Source: the human T2T-CHM13v2.0 reference genome, Homo sapiens. Taken from it: a stretch of 64,000 nucleotides of DNA. The stretch lies in NCBI RefSeq assembly GCF_009914755.1, contig NC_060939.1; one strand, given 5' to 3'. Under the pieces are notes generated by a model that saw only the letters and a list, made by a program, of their open reading frames with translations, was not told the origin of the DNA and ran no database searches. A program made the position numbers and the translations under genes. The first letter of the stretch is position 1. Each line of letters begins with the position of its first letter. Below, one piece after another: positions 13,490 through 26,007 of this stretch.

Positions 13490-13690
13490 GGCACTTCTGA
13501 GCTGCAAGGTGCTGTTCTGAGGATTTTGTACAATTAACTCATTTAAACATCGTTAGAACCCCATGATATCAGTAATATTATGTTCCTGCTGCAGATGAGA
13601 CAGTGGCACAGAGGGATTAAATGATTTACGTAAAGTCACTCTCCTGAGAGGCAGAATCAGGATTTGCACCGGGGTGTCAATGAGGCAGAC
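13490..13690 (-). mobile_element. MIR
   Basis: 'aactcatttaa...cagatgagacagtggcacagagggattaaatgattt...aagtcac...ggcagaatcaggatttg' MIR core in antisense. Confidence 0.8.
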
Positions 13691-15397
13691 TCTGTGTTCC
13701 TATCGGCCATGTTCTGCAGTTTCTCATAGAATCTAAAGTCACAATGAGAATGAGGCCTGGCAAGGGGTTAAGCAAGATGTAGAATAAAATGACAAGAACA
13801 GCTGCCCATGATCTATTTAAGACAAGGAATGGAAAATCCTGTGAAAGTTGACCAGGGGCGAAGTAAGAGCTCAGAGAGCCAGAGGGGCTCCTGTTGACCA
13901 AATGGCCAGAATAGCGGCACCTAAGGAATGGCCTTCCTGATCTCAGAAACCTGAGCCAGGCGCTCACCAGCTGCTCTCCTCACCCCAGGCCAAGGAGCCA
14001 GAGGGGAAGCCGTGGCTGCCTGATGTGATTGGGTTAGACCCACAGTTGGAAACTAGATACCTGGAGAGATGTAGTGTCCAGTGAAAATCTAAGCAGGTTG
14101 AGCCCTCAGGGGACAGAGGTAGCGATGTCTAACCAGGACAGGGCACATGCTGGGACAAGGCAGGTGGCAGCCCATGCTGCCAGGAGAGATCATCCATCAA
14201 AGATTCTTCCTCAATCCATCAGCTTCGTCATTTCAGCCCATGCTTTTCTCACATATCACTGTACAGGAGTGGAGAGGGAGGTTGTTTGTCTATTTTTCTC
14301 CCCACCTAGGTTGGCCCTTCTGTCCCTATGCACACCCAAAGCTCATGATTACTGGGGAGCTTTCTGCTGTGCATATGCTTTTTGAGGTTGATATACCTAT
14401 CCATAGCTCTCTCGACATACAGCTCCTTGGTCCAGGACTTTGGGTGGGGATGTACGGACATAAGTATAAAGTGAACAAAATCTCTAATATTCCAGGATGT
14501 GAGCTGTGACCTGAAGAAGCAGTTTCAGAGGGGCAGCCTAAAGGGCTAATACTTGCACTTCAGGACAACCAAGTAAAGAAAACAGGATTGCTTAATAAAT
14601 CCCAGCTCATGCCCTGTGTTCTCTGTTAGGAGCATTCCTGCCTTCTGGCCTTCAAGTCTCACAAACCATGGGGATTGACCAGCAAACATGGGATGGCGAG
14701 GACATGCTGTGCACCAGGAACATTAAAGGGTTCAACACTTCCTGTCTACACACATTTGGGATTGGCATCCCTAATTTTTCACATTTTTTTTTTCCTGAGA
14801 GTAATAGGGGTGATCAGGAAACTCCTCTGGGCTTAAGATGGGCCAGCAGGTTTTCCTGGAGCCTCTGCTCTGTACTCTATGTGTCCTGTAGTGGGTCTTC
14901 ATTGTAGCTATGCTGTTTCCACAGCTCTCAGCAGATGTGGGGAGAAGGGCAGGGGGCTGGAAAAGCTGGAGGACTTGCCTGACCTTTCATCTCTTTTGGG
15001 GCAGCAATCATGTGTATTTTTGTTTGTTTTGTTTTGTTTGTTTGTTTTTTCCACAATGCAGACTCTCTTATTTGATTCCATGTAAGTTGCCCAATTCCAG
15101 TAACTTTTTAGCCTATCAATATGCAACCACAAAGATTTAGTTTTGAGGTGCCACTGTATCTGGTTAAGGTGTGAGGGGGAAATTAAACTCTGTTGGTCTC
15201 GGGTTTAAGATATGAAATAACCAAGTGGATGGAGTTTCATGAAGGGATGCTAAGAGTTCTGTGGGCCTGGTGGAACCCTCATAAGACTGAGTGAAGAGTG
15301 AAGATATGTTGTGTGTTCTGACTCCATCCGTTGAGGAGACATGGAGGCAGCAACACCCCAGCTGCCCTGAGCACATACAGCACCAAGATCTTGGCTT

Positions 15398-15577
15398 CTA
15401 AATAATATCCTCCAATAAAAGGAGACGGTTGGGAGGCTGAAGCTAAATAATATCCTCCAATAAAAGGAGACGGTTGGGAGGCTGAAGCTAAATAATATCC
15501 TCCAATAAAAGGAGACGGTTGGGAGGCTGAAGCTAAATAATATCCTCCAATAAAAGGAGACGGTTGGGAGGCTGAAG
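15398..15577 (+). repeat. Minisatellite: 4 perfect copies of 45-bp unit ctaaataatatcctccaataaaaggagacggttgggaggctgaag
   Basis: Units start at 15398, 15443, 15488 and 15533 and are identical. Confidence 0.98.
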
Positions 15578-15709
15578 CAGGAGACTTGCTTGAACCCAGG
15601 AGGCGGGAGTTGCAGTGAGCCGAGATCATGCCATTGCACTCCAGCCTGGGCAACAGGAGCGAAATTTCGTCAACAAACAAACAAACAAACACACAAACAA
15701 ACAAAAAAA
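15564..15709 (+). mobile_element. 5'-truncated Alu right arm (AluSp/Sq-like) with (CAAA)n tail
   Basis: ttgggaggctgaagcaggaga...gcactccagcctgggcaacaggagcgaaa. Confidence 0.9.
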
Positions 15710-16074
15710 CAGGCTTCTCAAATAATTGGCTAATTCTAGGGCTAGGTCAAGAAAAAAATACAAGGTGAGGCTAAAACATCTTGGACTGCCAGAAAGTAAG
15801 GAAGTTTAAAAAAAAGATGGAGGCATGTTGTAAGGACCCAGAAGTAGACACAGAAGAGTTCCCAAGGGCCAAAAAAAAAAAAAAAAAAAGCTGCAACAAC
15901 TTGAGCAGCAAAATAATTAAGGCTAGTTTTGAGATTATAACACAAATAATATAATAAAATAAATACCCATGAGTTCATAATGATATAAAATATGATTGCA
16001 TACATAAATAAATGGGAGATAAGGAGCAAATATTTTTTTAGAAAAATTCAAAAATTAAATGTAGAGACTTCCCA

Positions 16075-16234
16075 ATGCTCATGGACTTAGTGAATATGAA
16101 CCCACGTAGAAAGGACTTTTCTCTGCTTCATAATGTCTGGGGCCTCAACTGGGAAGACATCACTGGCTGAGAGTGAGTCAAACAGTTGGGGGCTGCAATC
16201 TTCTAGAGTTCCCTTCTCTTATATGGCTGGTGCC
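16075..16234 (-). repeat. 160-bp copy of MLT1 sequence at 55804-55963, embedded in L1MC
   Basis: Ungapped direct-orientation alignment with 21 mismatches in 160 bp. Confidence 0.85.
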
Positions 16235-18389
16235 CTTCATTTGAATGTGGGCTTAGTAACTTCATTTTAGAAGCATGGAAAGAGAAAAATAGACACTCAA
16301 CAGTGGAGAAACCTGGCAGACACAATCTTAACCAAGCGGTCAAGGTTAACATCACCAGTGACAGACACGTCATGTGGATATCACATAACCCCTAATTGTA
16401 TGTGAGGTGAAGCAAACTTTACTTCTTGATATTCTCTCAAATCCATCATCTTTGTTTAATAAAAGAATATCAGAAAGACCCAAATGTAGGAACATTCTAC
16501 AAAATACCTGACCAGTAATCTTCAGAAGTGTCAATGTCAAGAAAAGCAAAGAAAGACTGAGAAATTGTCAAAGATTCAAAGAGACAAAGGTGACTAAATT
16601 CAGCATGGTATACAGATTTGGCTACTGGAACAGAAAATAGGACATCAGTGGAAATCTCATGAAGTCTGAATAAAGACTCTAGTTTAAGATTTTGTACCAA
16701 TTTTATTGTGTTGTTTTTGATAAACGTACCATGGTTAAGATGCTAACAATAGGGGAAGATGGAAGAAGAGTATATAGGAACTCTCTTTACTAGGTTTACC
16801 ATTTCTCTGTAAGTCTAAAATTATTTCAAATCAAAAAATTTAAAAAGAGGTAATGGAATACTACTTAGCAATAAAAATGGAACAAACTTGATATATACAT
16901 TATAGGTGAATCTCAAAAACATTATGCTGAGTAAAGAAACAAGACCAAAAAATACATACTATGTTATTCTATGTACATAAGCTTCCAAAAAATGAATACC
17001 AATTTACAGTGAACGAAAGTATGTAAGTGGTTGCCTGTTGGTGGGATTTTGGGTGGGATTACAAAGGGACACAAAAATTTAGGGGGCAGGTATCGAAACA
17101 ACTGTTATTCTGTTTGTGGTGATGATTTCATGGGTGTATACACATGTGAATACTCATCAAATTGTACCATTTAAACATATGCAGTGTGTTAATTTTACCT
17201 GAATACAATATAGATAAATAGATTGATGGATGGGTAGATAGATAGATGAGTAGATAGATGATAGACACAGAGACACATGGAATTAGTGAGGGTTTTTTTT
17301 ATTGCTATATAATAACTACAGAAAGAGTCTATTTTTAACAAAAGTAGAAAAGTATTATTTTCCAACCCCAGTATAATAACTGACTCAGGTTGGATCATTG
17401 GTTGAAGCTACAACCATCTGGTGAAAAGTCCTTTGGTACCAGAATATTCACATGGTCTCAAAACACCACTCTACAGATAACTTATCCATCCCAGAAGGGA
17501 AAATGGACCTGTACAATGGGGTGGTGATCAAATGGAATGGAAACTGATGGATCAAACTGATGGAATGGAAACCTTAGCATTACATGTTTCCCGATATGAT
17601 GGAAAAAGAGCCCAACATAACCATACATGTTAAACCTGAATCTAATCCGGAAGTAATAATCCAAAATGTGGAACATCCTACAAGACTGTCCTGGCCTCTT
17701 GGAAAACAATGTCATTTTTGAAAAAGACCTCTGTGGGTTGGGCACAGGTGAGGATGATCCCTATAGATTAAAAGACACTAAAGAGGCAAAACAGCCAAAT
17801 AAAATGCATAAACCTTGCTTGGCTTCTGGATCCAAAAAATAAAATAAGCTCTAAAGGACATCTTGGGGCTGATAGGGAAAGTTTAAATATGGGCTTCATG
17901 TTAAATACTGAATTGATCTTAATGTTCTCAGATGTGATAGCATCATAGTTCTGTAGTAGGAAAGTAAATAAGTGAAGTTAGATGATAGGTAGGTGGTGGA
18001 TGGATGGATGGAGGGGCAAATAGACTGCTAATATGTCAAACTATTAACAATGGGTGAATTTAGGTGAAGATATTATAGAGGTCTACAATCCTTTCAACTT
18101 TTTTGTGGGTTTGAAACTTTTCATAATAAATAATTAGAGAGAAGGGGGACATAGCTTGAAAACAGCAGTGTTGTTCTGTTCCTGGCTGTGCAGCCTCTGC
18201 TCCATCCTTGCCCCACTCCTCCCTGTCCAGGTCACTGGCCCCCAAAGCCTCTTCTGGGCAGGCTCGGGATTGGTTGTTGTGAAGTGGCCACATTGTCACC
18301 AGATTGTTTGAAATGGAGGCTTTATGCAGAGAGGTGGTGTATCCAGGCAAAGCGGGAAAGGCAGGATGGAGGGAGGAAGGAGAATGAGG

Positions 18390-18930
18390 CAGTTGCCATG
18401 GAGCCCTAAAGGGCCCCCTTTGCTGGAGCTTGACGCTTGTTTATATTCCCGAGAGGCTATGGAGGCGGGGAAGTGAGAGGAAGAAAAATGGGGGCTTAAT
18501 TTGCTCTCACCGATTCCGGCCGCCCACGGGGCTTATTATCCTTGATTGCCTGTTTTCTGCTTTCTGTCACCATGGAAACCGGCAAAAAACGTGACTCTGC
18601 TCAGATTTACGCAGTTTGCTCGCTGAAGGCCTAGTCCCCACGTACCTGCTGGGCCTCTGCCGTGGGACGAGGTCCCTGCGGAAGGTGTCTGTGCGAGGGC
18701 GTGTGATTAACTAGGGGCTACTGGGAGGGGTGTAATGAGGCAACGGTGGGGGTGGCAGGACGTCTTTAAGGGATTGGTGAGAAAAGAGTTGCCATCAGCT
18801 TCCTTCCTCAGGCCAGGCTAGGAACACTTGGAACTATTTTCAAGGCTGGGGCTGGGAGCAGCATGCTGTCCTTCCGAGGACAGTGTGTGCTGAGGCAGCC
18901 CACTCCAGGGCAGCACTTCCCGGAATTTCT
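18390..18930. promoter_or_regulatory. Candidate RFX/forkhead-type promoter or enhancer
   Basis: X-box GTCACCATGGAAAC 18566-18579, GTTGCCATGG at 18392, GGCAAC/GTTGCC half-sites, TGTTTAT, ATTGG, TTCCCGGAA 18917-18925; locally raised CpG in non-repeat DNA. Confidence 0.5.
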
Positions 18931-19941
18931 AAGTGGAGGCCCTAAGTAGAAACATTTTATGGCTCCTAGCTGCAGATTTGGTTCCTGAGAACAGGTCAAG
19001 GTGACCCCATGAGCTGGAGTGGGGAGTCTGTGCTGAGGAAGAGCTTCACCAAGAGTAGCACAGCTTAGCACAAGGAGGGCCTCTGAGCTTGTGCTGCTTC
19101 TCAAATGCTGAGGATAAAATTGGCGCCAGGCTTCCTCAAAGGGTTTGACCAAGAGGGTGGGGAAAGGTAGATAGGGTACCTTGGAAGGCAGCCCACAATA
19201 CTGAGAGGAATTTTCTGGGAGTCTCCTGGCATATGAGGATTATCACAGTGTCTCTGACACTTTTGTAGTTTAAGGAGCACATGGGGGTTGCAGGTGTGGG
19301 AGAGCAGGAGAGAGACTCTTCTTTGCTGTTGTTTGGCCTGCCTATCTCTGTCAGTGGCCCATGGTGTTGTATTCACCGTTTGGTGGTGGCATCCCACAAC
19401 TGGACAGGCTTCTGTGATTTCTGAAACCTGGAGGGGCTCCTCGTTTAGACAAGGGTGACCCTAAGAGTCCATGGCTTAAGAAATAGAATGATCATACTAT
19501 CTAAAACAATCTACACATTCAATGCAATCCATATCAAAATTCCAATGTTATTTTTCACAAAAATAGACAAAATATCTAAAATTTGTATGGAACCACAAAT
19601 GACCTCAAATACCCAAAGCAATGTTGAGCAAAAAGAACAAGGCTGGAGACATCATACAACCGGATTTCAAAATATGTACAAAGCTTTAGTAATCAAAACA
19701 ACATGGCACTGGCCAAAAAACAGAAACATCAATCAATGGAACAGAATAGAGAGCTTAGAAATGGACCCACATGCATGCTTCTTATGGTCAATTGGTTTTT
19801 GACAAAGGTATCAAGAAAGCACAATGGGAAAAGGGAAGTCTTTTTAATAAATGGTGTTGGGAAAGTGGATATACACATACAGAAGAATGAAATTAGACCC
19901 CTATCTCACAACATACACAAAATTTAATTAAAAATGGATTA

Positions 19942-20225
19942 GGCCGGGCACAGTGGCTCACACCTGTTATCCTAGCGCTTTGAGAGGCCAAGGCAGTGGA
20001 TCACTCAAGGCCAGGAGTTCATGACCAGCCTGACCAACATGGTGAAACCCTGTCTGCTAAAAATAAAAAAAATTAGCCAAGTGTGGTGGTGCATGTCTGT
20101 AATCCCAGCTATTCGGAGGGCTGAGGCACTAGAATTGCTTGAACCCGGGAGGCGGAGATCAGTGAGCCAAGATCACGCCCACTCCAGCCTGTGCGACAGA
20201 GTAAGACTCTGTCTCAAAAAAAAAA
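19942..20225 (+). mobile_element. Alu (S/J-type) inside L1
   Basis: Dimeric Alu; TSD related to aaaa(t/g)ggatta. Confidence 0.93.
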
Positions 20226-20365
20226 GGGGGATTAAAGACTTAAATGTAAGATGCAAACTGTAAACATACTATAAGAAAACAGGGGAAACAGCTCTGTGAT
20301 ATTGGTCTTGGCAATGATGTTTTTGGGTTTGACCTCAAAAGCACAGGCAACAAAAACAAAAATAG

Positions 20366-20678
<313 letters not shown>

Positions 20679-22815
20679 TCAAACTAAAACTTCTGCACAA
20701 CAATTAAAACAACAGAGTAAAGAGACAGCATATACAGATTGAGAAAACGGTTTGCAAACCATACATTTGATAAGAGATTAATACCCACAATACATGAGGA
20801 GCTCCACTCGATTGCATGAAAAAAAGTAAACCAATTGAAAAATGGGCAAAGGACATGAAAAGACATATCTCAAAAATAAGACATAGAAACAGCAAGCAGG
20901 TATATGAAAAACATGTTCTGCATAACTGATCATCTGTGAAGTGCAAATCAGAACCACAATGAAATACCACTTTGTATCTATTGGGATAACTTATCAAAAG
21001 AATGAAAGATGAGAGTTGCCAAAGGGGCGGAGAAAGGGAAACCTTGCACACTCTTGATGGGAATGTAAGGTTGGTACAGCAATACAGAAAACAACATGGA
21101 GGTTTCTCAAAACATTAAAAACAGAGCAACCACATGATCCAGCAATCCTAATGGGTATATGTTTAAAAGAAATGAAATCAGTATGTCAAAGTGATGTCTG
21201 CACTCCCATGTTCATTGCAGCATTATTCACAAGAGCCGAGATATGAAATCACCTTATATGTCCACTATCACATGAATGAAGAAAATGTGATACATATACA
21301 CAATGGAATATTATTCGACCTTTGAAAAAAAGAAAATTCTGTTATTCTCAACAACATAGATGAACCTAGAAGATACTAAGGGAAATAAGCCACCAAGAGA
21401 AAGATGAATATTCCATTATCTCATTTATATATAATATATTCTGTAAAAAAAGCCAAAATCACAGAAATAAAGAGTATTATGGTGGTTACCAGGAGCGGGG
21501 TGAGGGTGAGAGATGGGGAATGAGGAGCTATTGGTCAAAGGGTACAACATTTTATTTGACAGAAGAAATACATTTTTAATATTTATCAAAATATTTATTA
21601 AATATAAATATTCATTAAGATATTTTAATATATATCGCATAGCATGGTGACCATAGTTAATGTATTATATATCTTGAAATTGTTAATAGAGTTCATTGAA
21701 ATGAGCAATTAACAAGAGTTAATTTCTATTAACTCTACTATTCAATTTTCCTCACCACAAAAATTATAAATTTTGAGGTGATGAATATGTTAATTAACTT
21801 GATTTAATCATTACATAATGGTAAATAAATATCAAACATCACATTTTACTCCACAAATATTTACAATCATTATTTGTCAATTAAAATAAAATAGGAGGCT
21901 GGGATTGGAATGAATTGAGTTTTGGGGTGGGTGCTGGTTTTCTAGATATTTAAACAGAGGAAGTTGAATCTTAGGAACTTTTGCCCAGTTCTGAGAAATA
22001 ATGGGCAATGTTTCATCTCCAGTGTGTTGCTATTCCCTCATGTCCATCGGAAAGAAGTGTTCTGTGTGCATCTTCCTGCAGCGTATTCGTCTGTGCCTCT
22101 GGGTTGAGAGCAGCCATCAACAATGCCACACTGTCTTTCATGGCAGCAATACTGTTTTTCAGCATGAAATGTGCTGCTGCTCTACCCTTAGCAGCCCTGG
22201 CTACATCTGAGTCTGAGGTGTCATGGTTTGGAATGAGCTGTGGAATCCGTGTGGCAAATGTCTGGTAAAGAAGAAACATGAATAGTTTTCAGGATTCCTG
22301 TTTAATTATTGTGATGAACCTGTGCTGGGAATTTCATGAGATAGTGCAGGGCAAAGGAGGCTTTGTGAAGTCTGAGTAGAGAGTACTAACAATCCTGGAT
22401 GTAGAGATATGAGCCGTGTGCCTGATCAGCTACATTCCCCCTTTCAGGTTTCTAATTCCCAGAATCCCTTTCTTATATCAGGGTGGGAACATGACCTTGA
22501 GATATGGCTTCAAGTATCCATTGAATGCATGTGTGCATGTTTGAGTTGGCTGTTTTCTGAGAATTGTTGGCCAGGCCAGCAACACTATAAAATGGCAACA
22601 AGTGGCTCAGGAGTATGCCAGAAAATAGGACACTCCTCCTCCTTCTAGAAGTCTAGTGGCACCTGATCACCTTATTTGGAGCTTGGTGCACAGTGGAACA
22701 CTGTGGCATGCTGCTTGGAGAACCTCCTCCCCTTGTAAACACAGCCCCGATCTCATTCTGTGCTGCTTTGCCATTCTGTGTGGAGTAGCTCCTTGGCCAA
22801 ATCTCAGTGTGGCTC

Positions 22816-23232
22816 TGTGTTAGTCCATTCTCGTGCTGTTATAAAGAAATACCTGAGACTGGGTAATTTATAAAGAAAAGAGGTTTAATTGGCTCATGGT
22901 TCTGCAGGCTGTACTGGAAGCATGGTAGCTTCTGCTTCTGGGGAGGCCTCAGGAAGCTTCCAATCATGGTGGAGGGTGAAGGGAAAGCAGGCGCATCTTA
23001 CATGGTGGAGCAGGAGCAAGACAGCAAAGCAGGAGGTGCCACACACTTTTAACAACCAAATCTCCTATGAACGCGTTCACTATCGCAATGACAATACCAA
23101 GGGCAATGGTGCTGAACAGTTGATGAGAAACTGCCCCCTTGATGCAATCACCTCCACCAAGCTTCCCATCCCACACTGAGGATTAAAATTCGACATGAGA
23201 CTTGGGCGGGGACACAGAATCAAAGTATATCA
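22816..23232 (-). mobile_element. MSTA-type MaLR solo LTR
   Basis: tgtgttagtccattc...aaagtatatca with 5-bp TSD GGCTC (22811-22815 / 23233-23237). Confidence 0.9.
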
Positions 23233-23315
23233 GGCTCCAACACCTATCATCCCTTCCTGTAACTGTCACTTCTGCCCTAGTGACTGTGCTGCTCAGAGAC
23301 TCTGGGGAAGCCTAG

Positions 23316-24744
23316 TGAGAGGTGACAGCGTGCTGGCAGTCTTCACAGCCCTCGCTCGCTCTCGGCGCCTCCTCTGCCTGGGCTCCCACTTTAGGGGCAC
23401 TTGAGGAGCCCTTCAGTCCACTGCTGCACTGTGGGAGCCCCCCTTCTGGGCTGACCAAGGTCAGAGCCGGCTCCCTCAGCTTGCAGGGAGGTGTGGAGGG
23501 AGAGGCACGAGCGGGAACCGGGGTGCGGGCGGCGCTTGCGGGCCAGCTGGAGTTCCGGGTGGGCATGGGCTTGGCGGGCCCCGCACTTGGAGCAGCCGGC
23601 CGGCGGTGCGGGCCCCAGGCAATGAGGGGCTTAGCACCCAGGCCAGCGACTGCGGAGGGTGTACTGGGTCCCCCAGCAGTGCCAGCCCACCGGCGCTGCT
23701 CTCGATTTCTCACCGGGCCTTAGCTGCCTTCCCGCGGGACAGGGCTCGGGACCTGCAGCCCGCCATGCCCGAGCCTCCCACCCGCTCCGTGGGCTCCTGT
23801 GGGGCCCGAGTCTCCCGGATGAGCGCCGCCGCCTGCTCCAGGGCGCCCAGTCCCATCGACCACCCAAGGGCTGAGGAGTGCTGGCACACGGCGAGGGACT
23901 GGCGGGCAGCTCCATCTGCAGCCCAGGTGCGGGATCCGCTGGGTGAAGCCAGCTGGGCTTCTGAGTCTGGTGGGGACGTGGAGAACCTTTATGTCTAGCT
24001 CAGGGGTTGTAAATACACCAATCGGCACTCTGTATCTAGCTCAAGGTTTGTAAACACACCAATCAGCACCCTGTGTCTAACTCAGGGTTTGTGAATGCAC
24101 CAATCGACACTCTGTATCTAGCTACTCTGGTGGGGCCTTGGAGAGCCTTTGTGTGACACTCTGTATCTAGCTAATCTGGTGGGGAGGTGGAGAACCTTTG
24201 TGTCTAGCTCAGGGATTGTAAACACACCAATCAGCGCCCTGTCAAAACAGACCACTCGGCTCTACCAACCAGCAGGATGTGGGTGGGGCCAGATAAGAGA
24301 ATAAAAGCAGGCTGCCTGAACCAGCAGTGGCAATGGGCTGGGGTCCCCTTCCACACTGTGGAAGCTTTGTTTTTTCGCTTTTTGTAGTAAATCTTGCTAC
24401 TGCTCACCCTTTGGGTCCACAGTGCTTTTATGAGCTGTAACACTCACCACGAAGGTCTGCCCCTTCACTCCTGAAGCCAGCGAGACCAGGAGCCCAGCAG
24501 GAGGAAGGAACAACTCCAGACGCGCTGCCTTAAGAGCTGTAACACTCACTGCGACGGTCTGCAGCCTCACTCCTGAGCCAGCGAGACCACGAACCCACCA
24601 GAAGGAAGAAACTCCAAACACATCTGAACATCAGAAGGAACAAACTCCAGATGCGCCACCTTAAGAGCTGTAACACTCACCGCGAGGGTCCCCTGCTCCA
24701 TTCTTGAAGTCAGTGAGACCAAGAACCCACCAATTCCGCACACA
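23316..24744 (+). mobile_element. Solo LTR12C (ERV9 LTR)
   Basis: Starts tgagaggtgacagcgtgctggcag, ends aagaacccaccaattccgcacaca; 4-bp TSD CTAG; CpG-rich U3, repeated CCAAT modules, 'gataagagaataaaagc' TATA-like box. Confidence 0.95.
24010..24330 (+). promoter_or_regulatory. LTR12C core promoter (NF-Y CCAAT cluster plus AATAAAA box)
   Basis: Four intact caccaatc motifs between ~24017 and ~24232; aataaaa at ~24300. Confidence 0.6.
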
Positions 24745-24849
24745 CTAGGAGGAATGGTGTCCCTTCATTGATCATCAAAGAACTAATAAGAAAAACTAGA
24801 GGGAAAAAAGAATGGGATTTGAACAGTAGCTAACCCCGGCATTAAAACA

Positions 24850-24960
24850 GGTTGTTGGACCCCCAACCCTGACCGGCTGAATGGGAAAATCCAAGGATGA
24901 GGCGCAGCAATCCATATTCCCAAGGTCACCTAGTGGTTCTGATGCATTGTCTAGTGCATT
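24850..24960. mobile_element. MER5A-like hAT DNA transposon fragment
   Basis: 'gcagcaatccatattcccaaggtcacctagtggttctgatgcattg' resembles MER5A. Confidence 0.45.
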
Positions 24961-26007
24961 GAACTAGGCTATGGGTGGATCTAAACTTCAAGAAGAAGCA
25001 AATGAAAAGCACAGCTCTCTAAGGCTTACTGGAGAGGGGCTCTTATTTAATGGGGGGAAGAGGCGTTCTGTTTTGAGTGCAAAGCTGAGTCTTGCCCCCA
25101 GTGAATCCCTAGGGTTCCTGTGTCCGTGTTTAGACCCGATGTGAAGAGATTGGGGAGACAGAGAGAAGCCAGGTAGGTTTGCTTTTTGTTTTTTCTTTTC
25201 TGTTCTCCCCTTGCCTTGCCATTCATCCGTCTTTATCAATGTAGACGGCAGGCCGTTTCATACACAGTACTGTGATTCCACAGCCTCGTTGAATTTGGTA
25301 TCCATGGAAGTGCCCAGACTCTACTGAACTCTTAAACCATTTGCAACCCAAGATAGGCTAGAGGCTACTGTAGTAATAAAGAAGTCTCCATGGTCAGATG
25401 GACTTATAAGAATAAAATTTAATTTACTAATCATACAAGGATTGATATTGGTCAGGCACACCTCCCATATGTTTTAGCCATGTCTTCTGGGATTCTAGGC
25501 TTCCAAGGCCACCACAGCAAGAGAGGAGTTGCAGGCAGCACACAGCCCTTGACTGATTATGCCTGGAAGTGACACACATCATTTATCATTGGTCAGAGTT
25601 CATATCATGGCCTCATCATTGGAAGGTAGGCTGGGCAAGGGTCGTACCTGAATATTTGCTGAGAAAGACCCATTATGCTCACATTATAGCACATATGTGT
25701 CAAAGAGCCTTTTCTTTATGAAAGCACTGAAATCCAAGCTTTTATGTGACACAGCAGCAGACGACTACTGCAACTCTCCCTCTGTATCTGGGGGTGCTTG
25801 GCTCATGGGACAGATATCTAAGTCCCTGGTAGGGAATGGGGAAATTTCTGATAGCAATTCAAGACACTGGTTAAAAAGTGAAGAGTTAAGAGTTGATGCA
25901 GCCAATGTATTTCCCCAGCACCGAATGAATAAGAACAGAAACTTGACTGGAATCCTTCACTTCTTGGCCACTATCTGGTGCCCAGGCTGTGTGCATTTTT
26001 TTTAAAA

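Larger units (their letters stand above)
15150..18135 (+). mobile_element. Cluster of L1MC and L1MB/ME 3' UTR fragments
   Basis: 'aagatcttggcttctaaata', 'cagtggagaaacctggcagacac', 'aatggaatactacttagcaataaaa', 'catcctacaagactgtcctggcctctt', ends 'tttcataataaa'. Confidence 0.75.

Noticed and set aside
15250-15704. ORFs with repeated 15-aa motifs; array superficially CRISPR-like
   Set aside because: Product of the 45-bp tandem repeat; units are contiguous with no unique spacers, in eukaryotic DNA.
19455-19802. ORF resembling a reverse-transcriptase-associated protein
   Set aside because: Decayed L1 ORF2 fragment with frameshifts; not an intact element or host gene.
22013-22279. 88-aa minus-strand ORF with an acceptor-like ttcttctttaccag at ~22262
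   Set aside because: No recognisable protein similarity, no matching donor, and overlapping ORFs of similar length on the other strand.
23312-24028. Several 100-133 aa GC-rich ORFs on both strands
   Set aside because: Lie wholly within LTR12C U3, where GC richness suppresses stop codons.
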